DNA of 64,000 nt, from NCBI GenBank assembly GCA_011056835.1, contig DSDU01000243.1, forward strand, positions 6,305-70,304. Direction: 5' to 3'. This document shows, piece after piece, positions 18,143-27,900 of this stretch (the stretch's first letter is position 1; every line of letters begins with the position of its first letter). Position numbers and translations under genes: made by a program. Under the pieces are notes generated by a model that ran no database searches, had not been told where the DNA came from, and saw nothing but the letters and a program-made list of their open reading frames with translations. The stretch is from Deltaproteobacteria bacterium (GTDB lineage Bacteria > Desulfobacterota > Syntrophia > Syntrophales > UBA6807).

Positions 18143-19009
18143 CTACCTTCCTGTCGCACTGTACCATGTGCTGTTGGGATACCGTGCAAGGCACTCGCCA
18201 CGGGCATCCTGCACCAGTTGAATCGTACTCGCCGCGTTGGCGTTGCCCATGCCCGCAGCTTCACGCAACAGTGGGAGAGCCGGATCTTCTATCAAGGCCA
18301 GGCATAAAGATGGACCGCCCATCACCTTCTTTCGGGCGACGGCCGGCAGCTTCGACATAAAACCGGAAAGGGGGCTGATGGATTCACCTGTCTTCCTGAT
18401 GAGGAGCTTCAGGAGTGTGGGATCACTCATCCATGCCCGGTCTTCCTGGCTCAGTGTTCCGCCATTCATTACAATCTCACGTTTGTTTTGCAGAATGGCA
18501 CATAAACCTCCCACCGCTCCCTTCGCAACCTCCGGCGCCGTGTTGCTCAGGTAAAAGAGGATTGCGCCCAGATAGAGTTCGTTACCCGCCTTTTCAAATG
18601 CGGCTTCAATGAAACTGTTGTTGATTTTCGCATTCCATGACGTTTGAGGCATCACAACAAGACGGGTCAGCACCGCAAGATTTGCTCCCGACAACCTGTT
18701 TATCACCATGTTGTACTGCTGCTTATAATAAGCAGCAGAGGCCCTGTTTTTTTCGAGGTAATATTTCTGGGCATGACTGAAATAAATAAAAACAGGAACA
18801 TTCCCGTTGGGGTCGCCGGTCTGTTCCTGGGCCATGGCAATAACTCTGTCGTAATTATTGACATCAAAGACCTCCAGCGCCCGTTTTTCCCATGCCAGCA
18901 AAGGCCTTTCTTCCCAGGTAACGGCACAGGCGGGACCGGGCCAGACCATGGAGATGACAATGAATCCCGCTATCACGATGGATGATATTTTTTTACCAGA
19001 AACGATCAT
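18143..19009 (-). CDS. secreted protein, function unknown (mostly helical)
   Basis: 288 aa with SD GGAGGA, and a signal peptide ending PGPACA. Confidence 0.55.
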   Translation of the reverse strand: MIVSGKKISSIVIAGFIVISMVWPGPACAVTWEERPLLAWEKRALEVFDVNNYDRVIAMAQEQTGDPNGNVPVFIYFSHAQKYYLEKNRASAAYYKQQYNMVINRLSGANLAVLTRLVVMPQTSWNAKINNSFIEAAFEKAGNELYLGAILFYLSNTAPEVAKGAVGGLCAILQNKREIVMNGGTLSQEDRAWMSDPTLLKLLIRKTGESISPLSGFMSKLPAVARKKVMGGPSLCLALIEDPALPLLREAAGMGNANAASTIQLVQDARGECLARYPNSTWYSATGR

Positions 19010-19304
19010 GAGTTCATTTCCTCCGTATTTCTGACACGATAATTCTTTGCGATTGACGATGAACTTTCCCGTTCACTCGGCTCATGACCATAGAAACTAT
19101 AATGTGAAAAGTCGGCATTTGATTCAGGACAACTCACGGCATATGCTGAAGATTTCAGAAAACCTTTCTCCGATATGGATTACCGCTTTGAGTATCCTCC
19201 TGTTTTCATAAAGAAACGCGATCCTTATGGGCAACTCCGGATCACGCTCCACTTGCACAACGGAAACGTCGTACCGGACGCCACCAATGGCCTTCGATCA
19301 TGCG

Positions 19305-19333
19305 ATTATAAAAACATGATCACCCGTTGTCAA
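19305..19333 (-). promoter_or_regulatory. candidate sigma70-type promoter with full consensus: TTGACA - 17 nt - TATAAT
   Basis: On the minus strand, TTGACA = 19333..19328 and TATAAT = 19310..19305, with a 17-nt spacer. It points toward the gene at 19009..18143, about 290 nt upstream of its ATG. Confidence 0.45.
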
Positions 19334-19569
19334 ATAATTTCACGGCATTCTCTTTAATTGCAAATATCGGCGATTGAGTTCCCATAGGGGGCAGAAAACC
19401 GGTCCGGTGACATTAAAGCGGACGTCGCCGTCCCGGCATACCATGTAGACACAACGGAGGCGGCAAGAGCCGAACCGATCAAACTTTCAAGCCGGCACAA
19501 CGATACAGATGAAGAATATGCTCAGATTCGATCTCGTCGTATTGTCACCCATAAGACCCTCACGTTCCA

Positions 19570-20982
19570 TCACGGATTAACCTGCATACTGTTGGACACC
19601 TGATCCATTTTACTGATTACATTCCGATGCGGCCGTATCATTTCATCCATGCATCGTTCGGAGAATATCTTTCGAACCGCCGGTATCTTAGTGAAGAGCA
19701 TCATTTTCCAGTTGAAAAACCGCATTTTATATCGCGACTGAGGGAAATCATATAATCCATGTTTCTTGTAGTACTGATGATCGACCTGAAAAGCGACTCT
19801 CAATCTTCCCCAGATATCGTCTCTGAATATTTTTCTTCCACCATGACCGAGAAAGGTTTCCGGTTTGACATAGTGACGGTCCGCACATTCGACGAGGCGC
19901 TCCGCCAGGCTTTGAAGCAAGTCGTCAATTTCCGACGAGTCTTCATACTCATCGGTAATATAATCCACAAGATTTGCCTGCTCCCACTCCGAGTAGGCAT
20001 CGAGAATCTGACGGAGATTAGGAATCCGACGGAGCGGGCCAGAGATGATGAATCCTATCTGTTTCCCCGTGAGCGACGGAATATGGGTATGAAAAAACCG
20101 CCGGTCAAAGAACTGTTTCCATTTCCACGATAAATATCGATCTCTGATTTCACCGGCAAAGACGAGGATGTCGGCATTCTTAACCTTCGAATTATAAAAA
20201 TCGATAAATTCATCTTTGCCGTCATATGTGCAGACACCGTCAAGACCGCACTGGCAGCACCCCAGACACCCCCCCTTGATATCTATATCCGACAGGGCAA
20301 CGGACTCGACACTACGGAGGTACGACCGCTTGAAGCGATCAACCATCTTCGTCAGGTTCGTCCCGGGTTGACTGTCATCGGTAAGGACGAGGATCTTTTT
20401 CTCTCCGGGATCTAACCGGTTTTCTACCTCTTTCGGCTCATATGAAATCGGATTGTATATGATCGGTGCAAAATGCTTCGATGTAACACGCCCGTTCTCG
20501 ACGGCCGAAAAAAAATCTTCCGTAAACCCGACCAATCGTTCCTGTTCCTTCCTCCGTATGAGGTCATACATATCCGGTGAAAATGCACCGACATAGTTCA
20601 TACCCAGATCGTCACAGACCGCGTTGAGATAGTTGCATGCCGTATGATCGAAAAAGTGGATAGATGTCACCAGGACGGCGGCGTATTTATTCTTGAAGAC
20701 CGATTTCCCATCCCGCTCGAAGATCAGTTCTATGAAACGCTTATACTGAGAGGGAACCAGCGTCACATAGACGGGCGTTGCCCACAGCACTCCGTCGGAT
20801 GAAGAGATGTTATTAATAATCTCCCGAAATGCCTTTTCGTCCTTCTCAATCCTGTTGATCCGCTGCGATATATCGATAATGTTCAGTTCATGGTGGGGAA
20901 ATTTTTTCTGAATATAATGAACGTAGTGCATGGTCGCACTTTTCTTTCCTTTCGGACTCCCATTCAGAACGGCAATCTTCAT
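19570..20982 (-). CDS. tandem flavodoxin-like NAD(P)H-dependent FMN reductase family protein, second half with Cys cluster (iron-sulfur flavoprotein-like)
   Basis: 470 aa. MKIAVLNGSPKGKKS is the typical N-terminus of FMN-reductase/flavodoxin_2 proteins. A second repeat begins KKILVLTDDSQPG and carries CLGCCQCGLDGVC. Confidence 0.65.
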   Translation of the reverse strand: MKIAVLNGSPKGKKSATMHYVHYIQKKFPHHELNIIDISQRINRIEKDEKAFREIINNISSSDGVLWATPVYVTLVPSQYKRFIELIFERDGKSVFKNKYAAVLVTSIHFFDHTACNYLNAVCDDLGMNYVGAFSPDMYDLIRRKEQERLVGFTEDFFSAVENGRVTSKHFAPIIYNPISYEPKEVENRLDPGEKKILVLTDDSQPGTNLTKMVDRFKRSYLRSVESVALSDIDIKGGCLGCCQCGLDGVCTYDGKDEFIDFYNSKVKNADILVFAGEIRDRYLSWKWKQFFDRRFFHTHIPSLTGKQIGFIISGPLRRIPNLRQILDAYSEWEQANLVDYITDEYEDSSEIDDLLQSLAERLVECADRHYVKPETFLGHGGRKIFRDDIWGRLRVAFQVDHQYYKKHGLYDFPQSRYKMRFFNWKMMLFTKIPAVRKIFSERCMDEMIRPHRNVISKMDQVSNSMQVNP

Positions 20983-21004
20983 CGACGGCTTCCTTTCGTC
21001 TCGA

Positions 21005-22216
21005 TCAGTCCCATAACTGAGAAATCAGCATCTCCAGTCCCATCAGACTGCAGGAACGCACGATCAGGTCATGCCGTTCGCAGACAGCCGTATATTTCAA
21101 CCCTCCGCCCGTAACGATGCAGACCACGGTATCATCATGGGCAATGATGTCCCGTTCCCGCAACTTTTTCACCGCGGCGAGCGGGACGGCGGCTTTCGGC
21201 TGCCCGAATATTCCCTCACAGGCGAGCTCCTTCTGAGCCTGCAGCATCTCGTCATCGGTAACGGCAACACACAGACCCCCGCCCTCTCTGAGTTTTCGCA
21301 ACACTTCATTACCACTGGGCGGATAGGGATTTTCGATGGCATGGGCTATTGTTTGGGGGTACTCCACCCGAGATATCATATCCTCATTGTTGATATACGC
21401 ATCATGTATGGGGGCACACCCCGCTGCCTGAGCGCAGACCATGGTGGGAATGTCCGAAATCAGCCCACACCGCCTGAATTCTTCAAATCCCTTGATAATT
21501 CCGCGGATATTGCCTCCGGAACTTGTGGGAACAATAACAAAATCGGGCACACCGAAATTCATCTGCTCGCAGATTTCAAATGCGATCGTTTTCGAACCTT
21601 CCACCCGGAGCGGCACATCGGAATTAATAAAATAAATACCTTTTCGCTTTCCTATTTCAATGCTGCGAAAGTAAAGATCACCATAGTCGCCTTCGACCTG
21701 AATCACCACAGCTCCATACACGGCTATGGGATTGAGCTTCTCCAATGGGATGGAAGTGCTCACCAGCGCATACGTTTTGAGACCTGCGCGGGCTCCATAG
21801 GCAGCAACTGAAACCGCCATATTTCCCGACGACACGGTTCCAATCCTCCGGTAGCCGAGGCTGAGGGCATGGTGAACACCGACAACAGTTCCCCGGTCTT
21901 TGAACGACCAAGTGGGATTTTCCGTTTCATTCTTGAAAAATATGTTGTTCACGGCAAGACGCGATGCGAGCCTCCTGGAGGGAACAAGCGGCGTAAACCC
22001 TTCGTAAAGTGACACATTCGAGTCGATCGCATCGAAAGGAAAAAAATCGGCGTAACGTTCAAGAATCGTCTGCCTGAGCGGATTGCCGTCGACGATGGTT
22101 CCCCATTCCGTCATTGCCATTTCGAGTGGCTCGTGACATACCACACATCGGGGATCAATCCTGCTTATATCATACGATTTCTTGCACTGTGTACAGAAAA
22201 GGTGCGTGTCTTTCAT
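21005..22216 (-). CDS. thrC: threonine synthase family PLP enzyme with N-terminal zinc ribbon
   Basis: 403 aa. CTQC...CVVC ribbon, NPTWSFKDRG (PLP-lysine motif), and a GNMAVS / TSSGGN glycine-rich phosphate loop. Assignment to threonine synthase proper rather than a paralogous beta-replacement enzyme is unverified. Confidence 0.75.
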   Translation of the reverse strand: MKDTHLFCTQCKKSYDISRIDPRCVVCHEPLEMAMTEWGTIVDGNPLRQTILERYADFFPFDAIDSNVSLYEGFTPLVPSRRLASRLAVNNIFFKNETENPTWSFKDRGTVVGVHHALSLGYRRIGTVSSGNMAVSVAAYGARAGLKTYALVSTSIPLEKLNPIAVYGAVVIQVEGDYGDLYFRSIEIGKRKGIYFINSDVPLRVEGSKTIAFEICEQMNFGVPDFVIVPTSSGGNIRGIIKGFEEFRRCGLISDIPTMVCAQAAGCAPIHDAYINNEDMISRVEYPQTIAHAIENPYPPSGNEVLRKLREGGGLCVAVTDDEMLQAQKELACEGIFGQPKAAVPLAAVKKLRERDIIAHDDTVVCIVTGGGLKYTAVCERHDLIVRSCSLMGLEMLISQLWD

Positions 22217-22312
22217 TTCATTGTGAACCGGAATGAGCGGAAGTATTCATAATGCATTGAGACGACAGGTCGCCGGATACCCATCCTCCGCTCCGGGACA
22301 GATCCTGTCAGC

Positions 22313-22747
22313 TTATTTTTTTACAACCAGGATCGGTATGTTGACTCGTTTTACCAGCTTATATGAGACTGATCCGAGCAGCATGCTGTCGATATTGCTT
22401 TTCCCGTGCGATCCGGCAATGATAACCGACACCTTTTCTTCATCTGCAACACGAAGAATTTCATCACAGGGTCCCCCTTTTTCGACTCTGACTTTGACCT
22501 TCAGGCCGACTCCCTTCAACTCTTCTTCGATGGGTCGGATCTCCCCCCTTGCCTTTTGTTCCATATCAACCAGAATGCCGGCGAAATCCTTCTTGGCAAA
22601 TCGAGACAGATCATTGAGTCCACGTCGATCGATTACATGGAGTATGACGACTTCTTGTGCCCCTGCCCCTTTCAGTTCCTTGATGTAATCTACCGCCTTA
22701 ACCGCCTCATCTGAGAAGTCCGTTGGATACAGGATTCTCTCATACAT
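22313..22747 (-). CDS. universal stress protein (UspA family)
   Basis: 144 aa with SD AAGGAGGG. MYERILYPTDFS...VILHV...IIAGSHGKSNIDSMLLGSVSYKLVKRVNIPILVV is the canonical USP ATP-binding pattern. Confidence 0.85.
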   Translation of the reverse strand: MYERILYPTDFSDEAVKAVDYIKELKGAGAQEVVILHVIDRRGLNDLSRFAKKDFAGILVDMEQKARGEIRPIEEELKGVGLKVKVRVEKGGPCDEILRVADEEKVSVIIAGSHGKSNIDSMLLGSVSYKLVKRVNIPILVVKK

Positions 22748-22920
22748 GACAACCCTCCTTTATCACCCAAGGTTAAACGATATAACCACCAACGCTGCTG
22801 CAAGGTATTTTCTCGTACTCATTGACATTAATCAAGGATAAACATCCCCGCTTCAACAGGATGAAACATGTAAATTCATAGTCCGAGTATCGAAACATCG
22901 GGAGTATTGACGTAAAGGCT

Positions 22921-23676
22921 CTATTGTTTCGTTTCCGACTCTTTATCGCCGCCGAAAGGCCATTTGAAGTTTTTTATTTTATCAGAGATATCCTTTTGAA
23001 TATTCATGAATGACCCTTCCTCACCCCCTTTTTCCGAGCCGGAGCCCTGTTCACCATCTGAAAACAGGGCAATCATATTTGATACCTTGGTGAAGCCGGC
23101 GGGAGCTTCGAACAAGTTTCCCGGCTGTTTCCCGATTTTTATATTCCGCAATTCCGTAAAGGATCCATCCTTCATCTGTGTTTTGAGCGGCATGTCAAAC
23201 CGATCCGATTCCCAGACTACGGACTCACTTTTACTCTTGATTCCCAGGAATGTCACCGTTGTTTCCACGCTCTTTTTCGTACACTTGAAGCCCTGGACTT
23301 TCTCCGTCCCCAGTATTTTCACAGAGCTGCCCGTTGACAGATTGAGGGCCTTGTTCATTTTCTCTTCATCAAATTGTTCCTCCAGATATTTTTTTGCCGC
23401 CGGATTCACCATCCAGAAGAGCTTTTTGTCTTTTCTGAAAATACTGATCATGTCTCCCTTGCCTTCGGGGGCGGCATACTCAACTCTGGCTCCCTTCGAA
23501 CTCATGTAAACCTTTCCCTCCGCAACGACCTTGCCGTTCGGATCCACGGATACCTGATCCGCCGAAAAATCGGTAACCTTGGCGCCATATCCTTTTGGAA
23601 CCAATCCCAGGAAAAGACATACAATCACTATCGTTACAAACGCCCATGCTTCTTTTTTCACTAGTTCCCGTGCCAT
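22921..23676 (-). CDS. secreted/membrane-anchored protein, function unknown (possibly DUF4412-like)
   Basis: Start moved to the ATG at 23676 (MARELVKKEAWAFVTIVIVCLFLG...) with SD GGGAGGA 8 nt upstream. The track's longer 302-aa version adds an implausible Arg/Phe-rich leader. Confidence 0.55.
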   Translation of the reverse strand: MARELVKKEAWAFVTIVIVCLFLGLVPKGYGAKVTDFSADQVSVDPNGKVVAEGKVYMSSKGARVEYAAPEGKGDMISIFRKDKKLFWMVNPAAKKYLEEQFDEEKMNKALNLSTGSSVKILGTEKVQGFKCTKKSVETTVTFLGIKSKSESVVWESDRFDMPLKTQMKDGSFTELRNIKIGKQPGNLFEAPAGFTKVSNMIALFSDGEQGSGSEKGGEEGSFMNIQKDISDKIKNFKWPFGGDKESETKQ

Positions 23677-24069
23677 TATTTCAATCCTCCCTGTTACAGC
23701 GTTACTATGTTGTCGGGGGAAGCATCCCCTGAAAGAGTAAAACCATTGGCGGACAGTTCCGCCGCAATCACTCCGGAAAAAATCGAAACGCCGGGGGAAT
23801 GATGCCGGAGATCCGATTCGCTCATGCAATCCCGCGGCCTGTTTAAGATATTGCAGCCACCGGGACGACCGAACCCCTGCAGCGATTCAGACCGGAGAGT
23901 AACCACCTTCTGCACAACCCGAATATCGCATTGTATACAATTACCAGGAAAAGAACAAGAATCTCTCGAATAATTTAAATAAACAGAAAAGAAGACGGGT
24001 AAGGTGAAAAAGAACTGTTGATTTTTCCTGTCGCAATGAGTGATAAAATACATACCATCAAAGGGGGGC

Positions 24070-24711
24070 ATGATGCTGATATATGCCGCAGCGGACATCC
24101 ACGGGCGGTTCGACAGACTTCAGACAATCAGGCGGAATATTGAAACGCACCGCCCCGACATACTGGTCCTCGCAGGGGATATAACCGGCCTCAGACATTC
24201 ACGGTTTTTCATTGATCAGATCAACACGCTGTCGATTCCGGTTCTTGCAGTCAGAGGCAACTCTGATCGTGAAAAGATTGACCGATTTATCGAAGCGTCC
24301 TCAATGATTTCATCCATCCATCTGAATCAACTATTGATAATGGAAATACCATTTATCGGTCTCAGTGGGACACTGCCGGTTCCGTTCAGATCGAGGATCT
24401 GTCTCAGAGAAAGAACCTGCATCGACCGGATCGAGCAGATAACGACAAGAGACTCTGTTCTCGTGGTACATCCGCCGCCGTGGGGATTTCTCGACAAAGT
24501 GTTCGGCAGGTTTCATGCAGGCTGCCGATCCATCGCATCTCTCATTTTACGAACCCGGCCGCGGCTGGTCATCTGCGGACACATTCACGAAGGAAGGGGG
24601 ACGGCCGCAATGGGAAATTCCATTATCGTGAACTGCAGTATCGGCAGAAACGGTGCAGGCACTCTTATAAAATATAATATCGATCGAATAGATACGATTG
24701 AACTCCCATAG
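24070..24711 (+). CDS. metallophosphoesterase (calcineurin-like)
   Basis: MMLIYAAADIHG (DxH), VLAGDITG (GD), VRGNSD (GN), GHIH. ATG 24070 lies just after AAGGGGGG; the track's GTG at 24040 is less likely. Confidence 0.8.
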   Translation: MMLIYAAADIHGRFDRLQTIRRNIETHRPDILVLAGDITGLRHSRFFIDQINTLSIPVLAVRGNSDREKIDRFIEASSMISSIHLNQLLIMEIPFIGLSGTLPVPFRSRICLRERTCIDRIEQITTRDSVLVVHPPPWGFLDKVFGRFHAGCRSIASLILRTRPRLVICGHIHEGRGTAAMGNSIIVNCSIGRNGAGTLIKYNIDRIDTIELP

Positions 24712-24931
24712 TTCCATATACCAAGGTGAAGCGGCAACAAAGGGCCCCCCCTGTCGGTTTGAAGCCGTTTTCCCGAGCCAAAGACGTTTACATCATACTG
24801 CGCAGCCGATTGTATGTGACCGTTTATGTTAAAATATTCCATTATTTTATTAAACGTGCAGGCGGGATGTACCGATTAGAATATTCGTAAAGACACTATG
24901 ACGTACCTAACCTGTTGCGTGGTTAATAAGA

Positions 24932-27900
24932 ATGAGCCATCGAAACAAAAACGAAAATCATCGCACCAAACGTCACACCGTCGCCGACCGATTCCATGCT
25001 CAACGAAGCGATCATATGAACAATGATTATCATGAAGGCGAGGTTCTTACTTCTCTCGCAGACATGATGCGGGATGCAATCGTCATTGTTGACTGGAACG
25101 GGTCTATCCTCTTCGCAAACCGTGCCGCCGCAGTGCTTGTGGGCTTCGAATCAGCCGATGAAGGCATCGGTCTGAATATGACGAATTTCATCCACCCGGA
25201 TTCGAGAGAATCGGTCATCCGAGACCTTAATCTCATCAAGGAAGGAAAACGGGGTTTTGATACGGACTATCGACTCTATAAGCTGATAACGAAACAGAAA
25301 GAAGAGAAATGGGTCGAGGCTCTCGGCACAAAGGTCACTTACAATGGAAAAGCCGTTGATCTTGTCACCATGAGAGATGTAACGGCCAGAAAAAAAGCGC
25401 AGGATTTTCTCATTCGCGAACGGAAGGCTTTCGGTATCATCACGGAAGCCTCTCTGAAGGAATCGACCGTTTCATCTCTGTGCCGCCACATCCTCGCCGG
25501 TCTGACCGAAATTCTCGGATTTGATTACGGCGTCGCTCATCTCTATGATCCAAAGGATGAGCGGCTTTACGTAACATCTACCGTCGGTACAATCGATGAT
25601 CTGCCGGACGGTTTTTTCCCGCCGGCGCACCTCGATGACAATTACATCATTGCCGCTGCGGTAGCGCGGAAATGGGAACCGATTTTCGCCCCCGACATCA
25701 GCAGACATCCCATTTATGTGACACATCGTCGACGCATCGGCGAGCTCGGTATCGGGGCAACCATATCATGGCCCATGGCAGGATCCACGGGAAACCTTCT
25801 GGGCGTCATCCACCTCATGGCAAAAACGCCCCGGAATATCGAAGAAGAAGACAGAAGTTTTTTCGAAACGGTGGCGGGAATGTTTGCAATCGCCCTTGAA
25901 CGGAGAAAAATGGAAGAGGAGTTGAGAGAGGCGGAAGAGAAATACAGAACGATCTTTGAGAACGCCACCATCGGCATTTTCCGGACAACTCCCGACGGGC
26001 GCTTTATCAGCGCCAATGAAGCGATAGCACACATCCACGGGTACGATTCAACCAAGGATATGATAAAATCCGTACGGAATATTGCCGAAGATATCTATGT
26101 CGATCCGTTACGACGAATCGAATATTCGCGACTCCTGGACAAACATGGTCACGTGGAGGACTTCGAGGTTGAAGGCCGTCAGAAGGACGGAAGCCTTAAC
26201 TGGTTTGCATTAACGTCTCAGGCAATCCGGAACGCGAGTGGAAACATTCAATACTACGAGGGAACCGTCCAAGACATCACAAAGCGCAAGCTGGCGGAAA
26301 AGGCACTGAAAGAAAGCGAAGAGAAGTATCGGATGATTTTTGAAACAACCGGTACGGCAACCGTGATTATCGAGGAAGATACGACGATTTCCCTTGCAAA
26401 CACCGAATTCGAAACGCTCACAGGCTACGACCGAGGGGAAATAGAAGGAAAAATGAGTTGGACCGAATTTGTCACACCACAGTATCTCGATATCATGAAA
26501 GAATATCACACCACACGGAGAGCATGCCTGCACTCCGCACCACGGACCTACGAGTACCAACTTATCGACAAGCACGGTGCCATAAGGGATATATCCGCCG
26601 TCGTGGATATGATCCCCGGGACAAAGCAGAGCATCGTTTCATCAACCGACGTCACCCACCGGAAAGAGGCCGAGCGTTTACTGAAAAAGAGTGAAGAACG
26701 GTACAGAAACCTGATGGAAGAAGCCCCGATCGGTCTGTGCAACATCGACATCGAAGGAAAGATTGGATACATCAACAGGCGACTCGAAGATTTGACGGGG
26801 TACACCAGAGATTCGTTGCTCGGCAGAAGCGGCTTGGAACTGCCTCTCTTCGACGATGAAACGAAACGAATCCTGAAAAAACGACTGGGAGAAAGGCTGA
26901 AAGGAGATGAATCGCGAGCGATTGAGGTACCGATCAGGAATAAAAACGGCAGCATCGTCTGGATTGAGGCAACCGCCCGCATCATCGAAGAAAATGATAT
27001 TCCGACAGGACTCCAAATTGTCTGCCGCGACATAACCGACCGGAAAAAAGCGGAAGAAGCGCTTCGGCACAGCGAAGAACGATACAGAGGCATATTCGAG
27101 ACAACCGGCACGGCCACCATTATCTACGGGGAAGATACCATCATCAAGATGGCAAATACAGAACTGGCGCATCTTTGGGGCTACTCGAAGGATGAAATCG
27201 AGGGAAAGAAAAGCTGGACAGAATTCATTTTTCATGAAGATCTTCCCATGATGCAGGGATTCCACAGGCAGAGAGGCGTCGAACCGAAATCCGTCCCGAA
27301 AAATTACGAGTTTAGATTTTGCGACCGCTTCGGCAACATAAAAAATATTTTCCTCACCGTTGACATGATCTCCGGAACATCTCTGAGAGTCGGGGCTCTG
27401 TTGGACATTACCGACATGAAACGTCTCGAAGCTCAGCTCCGGCGTTCCCGGAAGATGGAAGCGCTTGGAACGCTCGCCGGCGGCGTGGCCCACGACCTCA
27501 ATAATGTCCTTGGGGGACTTGTAAGCTATCCCGAGTTGTTACTAATGCAGATTCCCGACGACAGCCCCCTGCGAAAGCCGATTGCCACCATACAGAAATC
27601 AGGTCAGAGAGCGGCGGCTATCGTCCAGGACCTCCTTACACTGGCCAGGCGTGGTGTGGCCACCATGGAGGTGATCAATCTGAATCAGATACTGTCGGAT
27701 TATCTGAAAACGCCGGAATATGAAAAACTTCTATATTACCATCCGGGCATCACCATAAAGACTCACCTGGATAATAATCTGCTCAATATCGAAGGCTCGC
27801 CGGTTCACATCTCAAAGACAATCATGAATATCGTTTCAAATGCAGCTGAAGCGATGCCCTGCGGTGGAGCAATCGTCATTGCCACGGAAAACAGATACAT

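Noticed and set aside
19175-19357. 60-aa plus-strand ORF (MDYRFEYPPVFIKKRDPYG...)
   Set aside because: It has no RBS and overlaps the consensus promoter on the opposite strand. I cannot exclude a real small protein, so I note it in the finding rather than calling it.
21071-21811. 246-aa ORF antisense to the threonine-synthase-family gene
   Set aside because: It is entirely embedded antisense in a gene with clear PLP-enzyme motifs and has a low-complexity, Gly/Arg/His-rich translation.
22921-23829. Long N-terminal extensions offered by the ORF track
   Set aside because: In each case an internal ATG or GTG has a good SD, matches the expected family N-terminus and removes overlap with the neighbour. 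The affected ORFs are 22921..23829, 28599..29438, 29359..30477, 14777..15787, 12855..14171, 24040..24711, 3777..5198 and 1194..2429. I used the shorter forms; true starts remain unverified.
23694-24098. 134-aa minus-strand ORF in the divergent intergenic region
   Set aside because: It has no SD, an odd composition and an overlap with the metallophosphoesterase start. The region reads better as promoter and leader DNA.
26548-27493. 190-aa and 271-aa ORFs antisense to the histidine kinase
   Set aside because: These are shadow ORFs inside a strongly supported multi-PAS kinase, with Ser/Arg/Phe-rich nonsense composition.
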